From Utricularia gibba (taxonomy: Eukaryota > Plantae > Magnoliophyta), in NCBI GenBank assembly GCA_002189035.1, contig NEEC01000009.1:2914001-2978000 (forward strand): a stretch of 64,000 nt of DNA, written 5' to 3'. Under the pieces are notes generated by a model. The model was not told where the DNA came from. It saw only the letters and a list, made by a program, of their open reading frames with translations, and searched no databases. The position numbers and the translations under genes were made by a program. Positions 49,941-62,359 of the stretch are shown here, in pieces. Each line of letters starts with the position of its first letter. Within the stretch, counting starts at the first letter, position 1.

Positions 49941-50069
49941 TATAAAAATTGACAGAAAGGAAAGGGCAAACTTTTTCTCTTATAAAAATTGACACAAATA
50001 TGAATTATTTATTTTGTTCTAATAGTAGAAATAGTTGACCTGGTCAACTGCCACCGGCAAGTAAGTCAG
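49941..50069. promoter_or_regulatory. W-box array upstream of the BAHD gene, including a palindromic double W-box
   Basis: AGTTGACC-T-GGTCAACT (50033-50049) holds two canonical TTGACC boxes in inverted orientation. The 14-bp direct repeat tataaaaattgaca (49941, 49981) carries TTGAC cores, and AGTCA lies near 50063. Confidence 0.55.
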
Positions 50070-50991
50070 CTTTTGAACACCTCACCCGACGAAAGTATGA
50101 TTTGTTTCCCCTTCCTATTAAATGTACCTGTAGACTTCTTTTTTAGTACAACAAATTATTACCTACTTATTTGATTTCTAACAACTTATTTTTTAGAAAA
50201 TAGAGTAGCAACATATAATTAATTAAAATAGGAAATAAAATGTTTTTTTAAATTTGAACGAATATTTATTAAAAATATAATTGTAAACCTTTATTAAAAA
50301 ATAAAATTTATATGTTCAAGTGAACTCTAATTTGGTGCCCGTGGGAATAGGGATGCCCTAAGGTTTCGTGGTTTTCCCCTCGGTTGGTAGGACGCCCAAT
50401 GAGCAAATTTCACATTCAAATTTAAATTATTTATACTAAGGATTTATTAAAACAATGTTTGGAAAAAAATCTATGCAGATACAATTATATTATAATTGAA
50501 AATTCTGATAGAATTAAAATTTATTTATGTTTAAAATTGTTTTAAAAATAATAATTATTGATTTATATTTAGATTTAATAAATGAGAAATAAATTTTATA
50601 AATAAATAATATATTTATTTAATAAATATATTTTATAAATGTTAAAAATAAAATTTATATTGTATAAATTTAGAATGGCGTATTTAAAAAAAAGGCTAAT
50701 ACGACATATCATACACTTAATTTATATTAAGTGTAAATATTATTACAATTATATCAATTTTATTTGCGTTAAAATTGTATTTTAAAAATTAAAATAATTA
50801 AATCATTTAAATAGTATTTATTGTAATTATTTATAATATTACTTTTCAAAATTAATTCTAATTTGATATACGTTTATAAATGGTCATTTGCCGTTTGAAA
50901 TTCCAAGGGGTAATGGAGGGGCAGGATTGTCAATTTGCAGGCAGTCTCAGATTGGACGGGTAAGATTGTCAATATTTCAATGCGTTAAAGA

Positions 50992-51051
50992 TGGGCCAGG
51001 CTAGACGGGTGGCCCAGTGAATTGAGCCGATTAGTCGAAGTCCAAGGCCCA
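50992..51051. promoter_or_regulatory. Site II cluster upstream of XBAT32
   Basis: TGGGCC (50992), GGCCCA (51011) and GGCCCA (51046) at the boundary between the AT-rich spacer and the pyrimidine-rich 5' leader. Confidence 0.5.
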
Positions 51052-51762
51052 TTTCTCTGTGACGACTCAACTCAAGTCAAAATTGAAATTGAAATTTGAA
51101 CGGATGCTGCTGACTGGACTGAGTCCGATTTTTCATGCGGATCCTGCGTTTTCATTGGCAAAAGGAGGACATTTTCTTGTGTGTGTGTTGATTGTCTTCA
51201 TTCTGTTCTCCATTTTCTTCTTTCGGGATGGAGTAAATTGAACCGAATGAGAACAAACAGTCCCATTTGGAGATTTAACCGGAGGAACTTTTTGTGTTTG
51301 AGTTGATCATTTTCGTTATTTTATTGTTCTGGGATTTTTTTTTCTATGCCAAATCCTGTTTCTTTCGGCTTGTGGAGGATTTGAAGCAAGTGGGTTTTGT
51401 AGAATTTTGTAAGAAATTGCAAGCGTTCTTTTCAGACGAAAGATAAGCTGTAGCCGTGATCATGGCGTTATGCACCAGGAGAAATTTCTTTTATTTATGA
51501 AAGTTGTATGACTTCTGATTGATCTGGGTGATGGTTCCCGGCTATGCATAAGATTTCGTGAATTTTCAACTGCCCTAATGAAGTTAGGCATCAGTTTAAT
51601 TCCTGGCAGAGATTTTTGATTCATTCACATTCCAACAGGGGCTCTCATTTGGTATTTTTAAGTGAAGAAGGTGGGAAAAACAGGATTTTCCATTTCCTCT
51701 GGTTGAATTGGTGATTGTGATTCGGAACTTTCGTTACTCCATGAGCATGGATTTTTAGAAAT

Positions 51763-54198
51763 ATGGCGAATATGAGGTTCCTAAGTGTTGTGGGTAACTC
51801 TTTGGGATGTTCAGCATCTGGGGAACGTCTAGTGTCTGCAGCAAGAGATGGGGATTTATTAGAAGCTAAAGCTTTATTGGAATATAATCCTCGGCTTGCA
51901 CGATATTCAACCTTCGGTGTTCGTAATTCACCTTTACATTATTCTGCGGCGCAAGGCCATCATGAGGTATCTCAGATTCTAGCCTATGCATTTTCAATGA
52001 TTTTAGATGATCCTTATGTGATCATGTTCTCTATGCTCTCTGTTGTGCTCTAGATCGTTTCTCTCCTAATCGAGTCTGGTGTTGATATCAATCTTCGGAA
52101 TTACCGTGGCCAGGTGGACACATGGTCTTTGTCTTTCTTAGAAATCTAGTTTTAGAAGGATGCAAAAAGTAATTTCTTTAACATGTTTTCTCAGACTGCT
52201 CTCATGCAAGCTTGCCAGTATGGCCGATGGGAGGTTGTTCAGATACTGATTCTCTTGAAAGCCAATGTATGTTTATTTTTCATTTGCATCTTCCTTTTAG
52301 ACCATCAAACTCGGTTGCTTGAATGAAAAATCACCTTAAAAGTTTGTATGGTTTCTTGGCTTAGATCCATAGAGCAGATTGTCTGAACGGAGGAACAGCA
52401 CTTCATTATGCTTCTTTGAACGGCCATCCTCAGTGCATACGTCTTCTTCTTGCCGATTACACTCCTAGAATGCCTAATATTTGCAATGCATCCAGCGAAA
52501 GATCAGAAAGTTGGGAATCCGATTCATTCGGTGACAGAAGGTATTGTAAGAAGTTTATCTTGTACATACAGGGAGATTCTAGCAGCTCAATGCATCTGAC
52601 GCTCTTTTCTTTTTGTTAGCACACTCTTTGAGATAGTCAATAGATGTGCTGATGGTGGTGTTACTGCTCTTCATATGGCCGCACTGAATGGACATGTTGA
52701 CACAGTTCATCTTCTTCTTGACCTTGGGGCTTCTGTATCCACTAAAACACATGAAGATGGGGCAAATATCGATTTAGTTGGTGAGAGACTTTATTTTTTT
52801 TCCTTGGGATGGAAAGACTTTTTTTTTGTTTTTGTTTTGCAGAAGCTTTATTCGTTGTTTAACTAGAACAACATTCTGATGAGGTTCTCATGTAGGTGTG
52901 GGAAGCACTCCACTCCATTATGCGGCTTGTGGTGGAAATATACGGTGTTGCCAGGTCAGTCTGTCTCATTACTTCTTTATATGAGCTTGATGATCTTCAA
53001 GATTATGCTGAATTATTATTTTATTCTGTTGTGCAGCTTTTGATATCTCGGGGAGCCAGCTTGTCCACTGAAAATGGAAAAGGGTGTGAAAGATTTTTAT
53101 CTCCTCCTTCCTCACCTTAATTGTTGCCTTTACTCGAAACATGAACATCACATTCATCTCCATTCGTGTGGCTTTTGTTGCACTATTTTCCCCTCAAAAT
53201 AGATTTTGAATCAATTTATAAATGGCCTTCAGATTCTCCATTACCATGTTTTTCATGCTGTTTGAACTTGTTGGCTGGCTTCCTTGATGTTTTTTTAACT
53301 GTGTGTGTAGATGGACTCCACTGATGGTTGCTCGATCATGGCATCGGGATTGGCTCGAGGAGATTCTCAGCCCAAACTCAGGCAATATACAAACCACTGG
53401 CCCTTCGCCATATATCTGTCTTCCTCTTAGAAGCATCATAGTGATAGCCAGGTGTGTGAAAGCACATTCTTGAGTCATGTGATTATACCATACTGTATCT
53501 GATTGATTCCTTGCCTTTGCTTTCTGCTATGTTTAGAGAGTGTGGATGGAGAAGTGATGATGCATCGATGTACACATGTTCGGATCCCTGTGTCGTATGC
53601 TTGGAAAGGAAGTGCTCTGTTGCTGCTGAAGGTTCACATTTTACTTCCAGCTTTTCTACTGGTTGGTTTCCAAGCATAACACAAATCTGCATAAAATGCA
53701 GGGTGCTCCCATGAGTTCTGCACTCAATGTGCCTTATCTCTATGCTCCACAAGCACCACAACTCATGTTGCAAATGGACCGCCCGGCTCGATCGCTTGCC
53801 CTCTTTGCCGCAACGGCATTGTCTCCTTCATCAAGCTCCCCGGTGCAAAACCTCTGGTGAAAGAAATTGCGAGAACCCGGTCACTATCCTGCTGCAGAAG
53901 CTGGTATACCGAACCTCCTGAACAAATACCAGCTTGTCGGTATACCAGAAGCTGCAGAAGCTGCACATCCAACTCAGGCTACACATGTCTGGGGCTCGGC
54001 TGCCACGGCCTCCCACCAGCAAAAGGCAGGCACAGTGTGTCCCTGGAGCCCGCCATTGCTGACACAGAGAGTGTTTCCGGCTCTGACAGTTCTGGGAAAC
54101 GGCTGGTTCGATGCTTGAAATCAGGCCATCGGCGATCGAGTTCTCAAGATGACGGCAGGAAATGGCTTTGCTCCTTCTCAAACTCCATTGAAGATTGA
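51763..54198 (+). CDS. XBAT32: Ankyrin-repeat C3HC4 RING E3 ubiquitin ligase XBAT32-like, about 9 exons
   Basis: [28 protein letters not shown]...[15 protein letters not shown] / [20 protein letters not shown] / [10 protein letters not shown]; [28 protein letters not shown]...[11 protein letters not shown]; stop at 54198. Start is ATG 51763 or 51772. Confidence 0.93.
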
Positions 54199-54858
54199 TG
54201 GGTCTGATCTATCCGGGAGTCACTACCCATACATGCAGTCTTCCTTGAATGCTGATTGCCATTATTTGAAACTCCTCCGCAGTGGCGTTGATTTTTTTGG
54301 GTGCTAAATAGCATGCAAATTTCTCTGTTTCTTACCAACGACAGTTGAGAATATCTGACTCTGGCATTGGGAAAGGTGAAGCAACGATGCAGAGTATGTG
54401 TCAAAAAATTGTCATCCTCCCTTGAGTTTGTTAAAAAAGTGATTATACTGTATGTAAAATATTGATGATAATGTGTGGATGTTCAATTTGGTCATTCTTG
54501 ATGAAATATGTGAAAAAAATAATCATTCTTAATTAAAATTTTTTATCTGAATATGTATGAGAAAGTAGAAGAATGACTATTTTTGGGTTGCAGGTAATTA
54601 GATTGATTCTTAATGTTGAACGCGTAATGTTAATCTAATTGCAGATTAAATGGATTAATAAAAACTGTCTTAACCGACTAGTTAATGACTTGATCCAACG
54701 GTTATTAAATTTATTAACTGTTACTGGGGGATTATGAGGAATGATTCGTAATACTGGTGTTGGAGAGCACCTGAAGAAGGTTGTTTGGAGGAGGCGCTGT
54801 CTCAAGCCCTGGAGCTTGAGAACCGCCGCAAGAGAACAGCCCTCCTCTCTTTATTCTA

Positions 54859-57800
54859 ATGGCGTCCGCGCGCTCGCTCATTTTCCGGACGCGTTGCCAG
54901 GTCTTTCTGTTGATACTGAAAGCCGTTCTTTTCTAGTTACAAGTCGAGCATTGGTTTTTCTTGATGTAAATTTGAACGGAATTTTGGGATTGCGTTTAGT
55001 TTCTTGAATTTATTTCCGTTTGACATTTGCAGTATGGAGGCAGGGGCGGGCTACGGCACGCGGCGAAGGTGGAAGGTAGTTGCTATTTTTTTTCCCTATA
55101 GTTAAGCTTTACAGGTTCTAAGAACTCCGACCGTTGGGGAAGTTTGTCTGTCGAATCTGCATTTTCTAATGATTGGAAGAAATGTGGCGGTCTGTTCTTG
55201 TTTTCTTTGGCAAAGACATGAACGATTGTGTACTTGCTCCGTCAAATCTTGTTTTATAAAAGTTCATTCAGTGCACAGCGTTATTGGCGAAGAGTGGCGT
55301 GATTGATGTTGAACCCATTCTGGATGGTTTCAGGCTTTGGAGGAGCTTTTCTTCGAGAATTTCGCTCGGTTACAGGAAATATAAGTCCACAAAAAGTGGA
55401 CGACGGAGACAGGGTGTTGGATGATGTAATTGCTTACGTAAGAGATGCTTTTGCTTCTGTGAAACGGAGGTTTCTGGAAATGCCAGATACATTGAGGCAA
55501 ATTCCTATGAAAAACCCGGAAGGTCATTATATTTTCCGTTGTTTGGTTCATATTGTTCTATAAACTTTATGGCATTGTGTTGGTCTTCAACGGTAACGTG
55601 TATGTGTATTTGATGTTGATGTATATTTACTCTTGTCAAGACATATATCTTATTTGATACAAGACTTAGCTTCTGAGATGCTCAAGTTATTTTGGCATTC
55701 TAGGTGTATATGTCAATAAAAACTTGAAATTGGATGATATATGGGTTTATGGGTTTGACTATGACTACACCTTGGCGCACTACTCCGCCAAAGTACAGAA
55801 CTTGTTATATGATATTGCCAAAGAATATTTGGTTAATGAGGTTTGTTCAGAGCATTCCTAGTTGATAATTTCTTAGCCGTGTCATGTACTCTTGTCATAA
55901 TACTAGGGAGAATAAACAGACCTCCATTACCTGCTTCCTTTCTCAGCTTAAATATCCTGATAGTGTCATGGAATCCAAATATGATAACAACTTTCCTATA
56001 AGGGGTCTCTGCTATGATAAGTTCAAAGGATGCCTTCTGAAGCTTGACTTCTTTGCATCGATTGAGCCAGATGGATGCTACTTTGGTAGGCGTAAGGTAT
56101 AAAAATTGGTTACTGTCTCCTGATGCTTCTTGTGTTGTTTATTTGAATTTTGAGTATCAAGTTTGCTTAGATTTAAGGTGAAAAAGACTTCATTACATCA
56201 ATCATGAACATGCAGCTTAGCCGAGCAGAAATTGAACAGCTATATGGCTCACGCCATATTGGTCATGATCAAGCTCAGGGGTTAGTGCGCTTGATGGACT
56301 TCTTCTGCTTCAGTGAGGTTAGTGTCCTGCCCATAAATCCAGGTGTCTCTGTTTTCCCTGATGCATCATTTGATTTGTTACAAGCTTGAAATTATTTGTC
56401 TTAGTTTACAAACATGTGTAGTTTAAACTATAATGCAGTCATCTAAAATTTTTTTGCAGTGGAAAGTGATGCTTCCAAATCTTATGTTGCGGGTGTTTTT
56501 CAAAGCCATGCTGGTCTATTCATTATTTCATCAATGCTATTTTGCAGGCCTGCCTCATCGCTGATGTTGTTCAGCACTTTGTGGATGGGAATTTGGAATT
56601 TGATGCTTCTTATGTCTATGATGATGTGAAGAAAGCCATCACACATGCACATGAGAGCGGTTTAGCACATCATCAAATTCTCTCCAATCCTGGGAAGTAC
56701 CTCAAGAAAAATGTATGCTTACCGGTTAAAAAAATGCTACTTTCAATTATATTGCCAGTGGAAACTCTTTTTCAGTCATTTCACATTAATTCACATATAT
56801 TCAGGAACCTCTTTTGCATTTTTTGAGGGCTCTCAGGGATAACGGAAAGAAACTTTTTTTGTTGACAAACTCTCCCTACTTTTTTGTTGATGGGGGAATG
56901 CGCTTCATGTTTGAGGTAATTTTCTTCCAGTTGATACGCATGGTTGTCTTACTTGTGCCATGAGATTTGTGCTTTTGGGGCCTTTTAGTTTTATCAGCAT
57001 TACTTGCTTCCTGTCTTATGATTACCCCTATTAGGGATTCTGGTTCAAAGCATTTTATTCTTCCTTATACTAGGACTCATTAGACTACCAAGAAACCTGG
57101 AGAGAGCTTTTTGATGTTGTTATAGCTGGAGCTCACAAACCTGAGTTCTATACATCTGAGCATCCATTTCGGTAATCATTCCCTACTTTCTATCCAGTGC
57201 CACTTTGATTTTGAATCTGAAAATAGCCTTATAATAGGAAATTAGATGATTGTTTCATTTCCAATGAAGTAGAGTATATTGCAAGCTATTGTTTTATTTT
57301 GCTGATAAGCTTGTTTCCTATATTTCAATTCTTGATTGACGAAGCTCCATGGAAGAAGTTTCTTGTGTCTCGCCCTCTGTAACTTAGCAAACTCTCTGTG
57401 ACTTCCCTGTAGCTGTTACGATATTGAGAAAGACACCTTGGCTTTCTCTAGAGTTGATTCTTTCCTTCCAAACAAAATTTACTATCAGGGTTGCCTGAAG
57501 AAGTTCGTGGAAATAACTAACTGGAAGGGTCCGGAGGTATTACCAGCATGCAGAGCTCTTATTTATTGATCAGTCGCATATTTGAACCTTCCAGGCTGAA
57601 GCTTTTTTTACATTTCAGATGTGCCCTTCTCTGTTTTCCTTTCTGTTGACGATTTTAGTGTTCCCCCAGGTGATATACTTCGGTGATCATGTTTTTACGG
57701 ATCTTAGGGGACCATCTAAAGCAGGTTGGCGCACAGCTGCCATCATTCATGAACTGGAGGTCCGGATTGAATCAGTTGCTTTTAGAAACGCATATTGTTA

Positions 57801-58412
57801 TTCCTCCCATGATCTCTGTCTAAGCTCAGGTTCTCTCTCTTTTTCCCAACTGCTGTTCCTTTTCAGAATGAAATATGGATACAGAACGGGGATGCATATC
57901 GCTGTGAACAGGTGACCAATTTTGAAAAACCTGCACTGTACCTCATGAATGAGACAAACATTATTCCTCTATAATCAACTTGTTCTTCTTCGACAGGCCA
58001 AGCTTCATTACATTCATGACCTTCTAACCAGACTGCTTGCAGCTGTTGGAACCACTCACACGAGGAGTGATTACCATTCTCTCGTGAATGATCTCAACAA
58101 CGAAAGGCAGATCATTCGTCATACCATGCGGGCCATGTTCAACGAGTCCTTCGGAGCAACATTCATGACAGACACCTGCCAAGAATCCGCATTCGCTCAC
58201 CACATCCATCGCTATGCTGATGTCTACACAAGCAAGCCCGAAAACTTCTTGCTCTATCCGCCCAAGGCATGGCTGCACGTCCCCCACGATGTAAAGATTT
58301 TGCCTCACCAAGTCAAGGTAAACACAAGCCCCTCATCTCTTCTTAATTAGAAAAAAACTAAATTACACTGCATATTTCTTTGTAGGTGCCATCTTGCTTG
58401 CTTAGGATGTGA
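54859..58412 (+). CDS. HAD-superfamily 5'-nucleotidase, cN-II/NT5DC type, multi-exon, probable organellar targeting
   Basis: HAD motif I GFDYDYTLAHY, FPIRGLCYDKFKGCLLKLDFF, KLFLLTNSPYFFVDGGMRF, FDVVIAGAHKPEFY, VIYFGDHVFTDLRGPSKAGWRTAAIIHELE, RYADVYTSKPENF; ends VPSCLLRM*. The first exon (ATG 54859) is inferred from GT-AG phase matching. Confidence 0.9.
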
Positions 58413-59197
58413 TGGGCGTGGGGTTTTCGCGCATTGGACTGATTCACTTCTGAAAGAGAGGAAGCACACAACTCCACTTGCCGAGTTTTTGCTGCCGATA
58501 CAGTGTATTTGAGGGCCTTGGCATTGATCTTCATAAACATGCCCTCTGGTAGCCAACATTCCCTCGATGTGCTTCTCCCCGAATCCAATAAGCCGAAGTT
58601 GCAACTACTCTCATCCTTGGTTGATTCTTCCAGCCATAAAATATGTCGAAGTTGCTCCTCAAAGCTCAATCATCCAACACCCTGAACCCTAAATACCATC
58701 AAGCGCTAAAAACATACACCCCAGGTCCCCAACCCCAAGTACCAAAAACCCTAAACCACGAATTCAACACATCCCATCTTTTTTTAAAAAGTTTTCAACA
58801 GTCATCATCACTTGAGTGATGGAAGCCAACAATACGCCTTGCAGATCAATCACATAAATGAAAAAACACGTTGGCACGAAGAAAGATTTCAAATCCAAGC
58901 AACGTACCACAACTGTGCATGGATGTGTGAAACGTATTGAATGATAGCTAATACAAGGCAAGGGGGCGAACAAGATAGAGTGTTGTGAAGGACAAGTACA
59001 TAAAGCCAAACATCAAATAGTTCCCTAGTCGTCTTCAACGATCGTCGTAGAGCAACGACGGCTGCAATGTAAAGCTCGGGAGAAATAAAGGTACAAGATG
59101 CTAAGATGGAAACCAAAACATAGAACAGGGGGTTTCAGATTTAGTAATGATACAAACATCAAGATCCACTTCCCTTGGGTTGAAGGGTTCATTCCTT

Positions 59198-61885
59198 TTA
59201 GTCGATCTTCACGGAAGAGTATATGAGCCGCGTGAACAGGAAACAGGCTAAGAAGCCGATTGTGCCGGTGAGCACAAAGAACGCATAGGAACCGATCAGC
59301 ATATACCCAAAGTACAGGATACCTGATACCGGTTTTGTGATGTTGAGCTTGGTGAAGAAGTAGAATGCTGCGTAGAGGAACAAGTACAATGCTGAAGACC
59401 CGGATGTAAGATAGGACCTCCACCACCACAAGTAGTCCTCACTGCACAGTTGGAAATAGCACAGCACGATGGTGATCTCCGCACACGTCACGAGCAAAAT
59501 GATGAATACCAGGAAGAGGAAACCAAAGAGGTAGTAGAACTGATTCAGCCATATTGACGTCAGGATGAAAAACAGCTCAATGAATACTGCACCAAAAGGG
59601 AGGATTCCGCCAATCAATATGGAAAATATGGGGTTCATGTACCATGCTTGCTCTGGTATTTGCCTGGGAATTTTATTGGTTTTTACAGGATGCTCAATAG
59701 CAGGCTTCTTGAAACCCACATAACTGCCAACGAAGACCAGTGGAACTGAAATACCAAACCACAGGAGGACAAGCACGAACATGGTTCCGAAGGGAACTGC
59801 ACCAGAAGATTCTTGTCCCCAAATCAAAGCATTCAAAATGAAGAACACAGCAAAGATTGTTCCAGGAAACACAAAAGCCGTTTGAAGTGTAATTTTCTTC
59901 CATTCTGTTCCTTTGAACATCTTATAGAGGCGGGATGAGGAATAACCAGCAAAAATGCCCATGAAGACCCAGAGAAACAGCATTGCTGTGGTTAAGCCTC
60001 CTCGGTTGGAAGGCGACAAGAAACCAAGAGCAGCAAAAACCATTGTTACCAGAACCATTCCAAAGAACTGAACTCCTGTTCCAACATAGACACACAGCCA
60101 ATCTGAATGAGAAGGCGGCCTGAAAACATCGCCGTGGACCAATTTCCAACCAGTTTCCTCTTGAGCTTCTTCTTGGGTTTCTAACTGGTTGTACTTGGAG
60201 ATATCACGGTAAAGAGTCCGCAACATGATCATAGCAACCATTCCTGATAGGAAAAGGACAATCATTACGGAATTAACAATTGAGAACCAATGTATTTGAT
60301 CATCAGCCATGTATAGATAGGCGTCCCATCTTGAGGCCCACTTGACGTCGCTCTCCTACCAAGCACACACAATGGAGGCGTCAATTAACAACTCCAATCA
60401 ACTAATATCTTTGAACCATTGCGCATAAAAATAAAAGATATTACCTGAAAGTCCACATCATATGTAAATATAATATCATTCTTATCTTCAACCTCCTGGG
60501 GTGAATCAGAACTAGTCACAGTGCGTTTTGTATTGGGATCGCATGTTGTCAACTGCTTCTTCTCATCCCACTGTCCTTCATATTCATGCTTAACACTGGA
60601 CTCGGAGAAAGATACAATACAATTAAAAAAAGTGGAATTTTTAAATTGAAGCTGTGGATAAAACAATCAAAATATCATAAAATCGGGTCTCAGCATCAAA
60701 ACTACCTGAATGGTTTTACTTCGAATCCAACAATTCTTGCCGCATCAGTATCATCATGCTTATGATATTTTATGACAAATGTCAAGTGATTATGGATAAA
60801 ATACTTCTGCTCTGTTTTCTGATAATTCAGAGGAAGGTGATTTAGGGTCAAAAAATAACCAGAAGGTAATTTAAACTCCAAACATCAAATCCTATGCTTA
60901 CTCCTGCATATTGTCCCTTCAAACCAACAGGAAATCCGTGCTCATAAATGGTTGCATCTATATCAGCTCGTTTAAAAGGCATGACTAGAGGAAGGTTGTC
61001 CAAGATCCTGTAAAAAAAAAAAGCGAAAAGTGGTGAAGGTGTTGAAGACTTGGCATGAATGGAATGCAAATTCTTTAAGGGTGCAACTTACATGTTCACT
61101 CGATATTCATCGTCAATCTTTTCCTTCAGATTCTTTGCCGCCTTGGCATCAAGTGTCACACGGCAGACAACCTTGCAGATCTGGGGTTCTCGCATGTTAA
61201 ACTGCACCAATACATTCATGCTCATTAATTTCTTTTCAAGAGCCAAGTATTAATCGCACCAGATGCCAACTCCATGCATTGCCCAAACATACTAGAAATC
61301 AATGGCATCAACAGGAAACGCAATAGGAAATAGAGAACGGACCGTATAGGGAGAATTTTCAATACGATCACCGCGAAGAACTTCCCCGAGATTCTCAGCA
61401 CTGTCCACAATTTTATCTGGCGTGCAGTAAGGAAGTGAATAGTATGAATATGGAAGTTGGGTTTTGACAGACGTGACTTTGTTGACTTTCACTTTCATCA
61501 CATCGCCCTGAAGCAGAACATTAGAAGATTATCACACATACTGCTTCACAAATCTACACAAAAAAATTGAACTTCAAGCACCCCCATGCGAAGCTAAACA
61601 AAACCGAATTCTACAACAAAAGCAAAGCTCTTCATCCAGATCAGATCACCAAACACCACAATCTTAAATCCATCACCAACCCCCAAGTCCAAATGCTCAG
61701 AATATCACGAGATCCGCAGATTCCAGTTCAATAGCAAAGGTGAAGCGCATACAATGCGAGTACCTTTCCGAAGTCTTGAGGAGCAACCCCAGGAAGGTAG
61801 AAGGAGCGAGCGCCGCCGACGAACAGAAGCAGGGTCAGGCATACAAACAACCCAATCGCATTAGGCCTACTCCCACGAACCCCAT
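59198..61885 (-). CDS. Transmembrane 9 superfamily protein (TMN7-10-like), multi-exon; apparent 1-nt frameshift right after the start codon
   Basis: [15 protein letters not shown] / [92 protein letters not shown]; ends SSVKID. Confidence 0.95.
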
Positions 61886-62359
61886 CTCCCCGGAGGCTCG
61901 GCAATCGCAAGATCGAGAAATGGAAAACCTAGATCTGCGATTCCACACAAAATCCCCAAAGTTTTCTCGCTCACTGCACCACTGTCTACGCACAAACCAT
62001 GCAAGGACCGAAGATTAAGAGTGAGGAAAACGAAAACAGAAGCCGCAGAATAAAAATACCAGAAGGGATGAGTGCATTGTAATGCCCTTTCAAGTGCACT
62101 GGCTTCCATCCTGACCGTACGATACTGGTCCAAGTGAATCTGACGGCTACACGTTTTCCTCTTTTTTATCCCAGTTTCCACATTTCGCAGGCCATGGCTT
62201 GTTCTTACAGCTGGGCCGCCACCGACAGCTGTGCAGCCGCTACGGCAATCACCGTTCGGGATCTTCAACTTCAACTCGACTTAACTCAAACCCCTCCTTG
62301 TTCTGCTTGGTTTCAGTGTTTCGGAAGAAAAATTGGATTTTTTTTTCAATCATTCTGCA

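Noticed and set aside
58358-58760. Minus-strand ORFs and two CCCTAAA telomere-like motifs between the nucleotidase and TM9SF 3' ends
   Set aside because: The 103-aa ORF starts at TTG directly after a stop, and neither ORF has a recognisable domain. Two isolated heptamers are not an interstitial telomeric array. Most likely overlapping 3'UTR sequence.
1373-61883. Calling bHLH, NBP35, SPS, PR-1 and TM9SF pseudogenes
   Set aside because: Each has a single homopolymer deletion and no other decay, so assembly error is more parsimonious.
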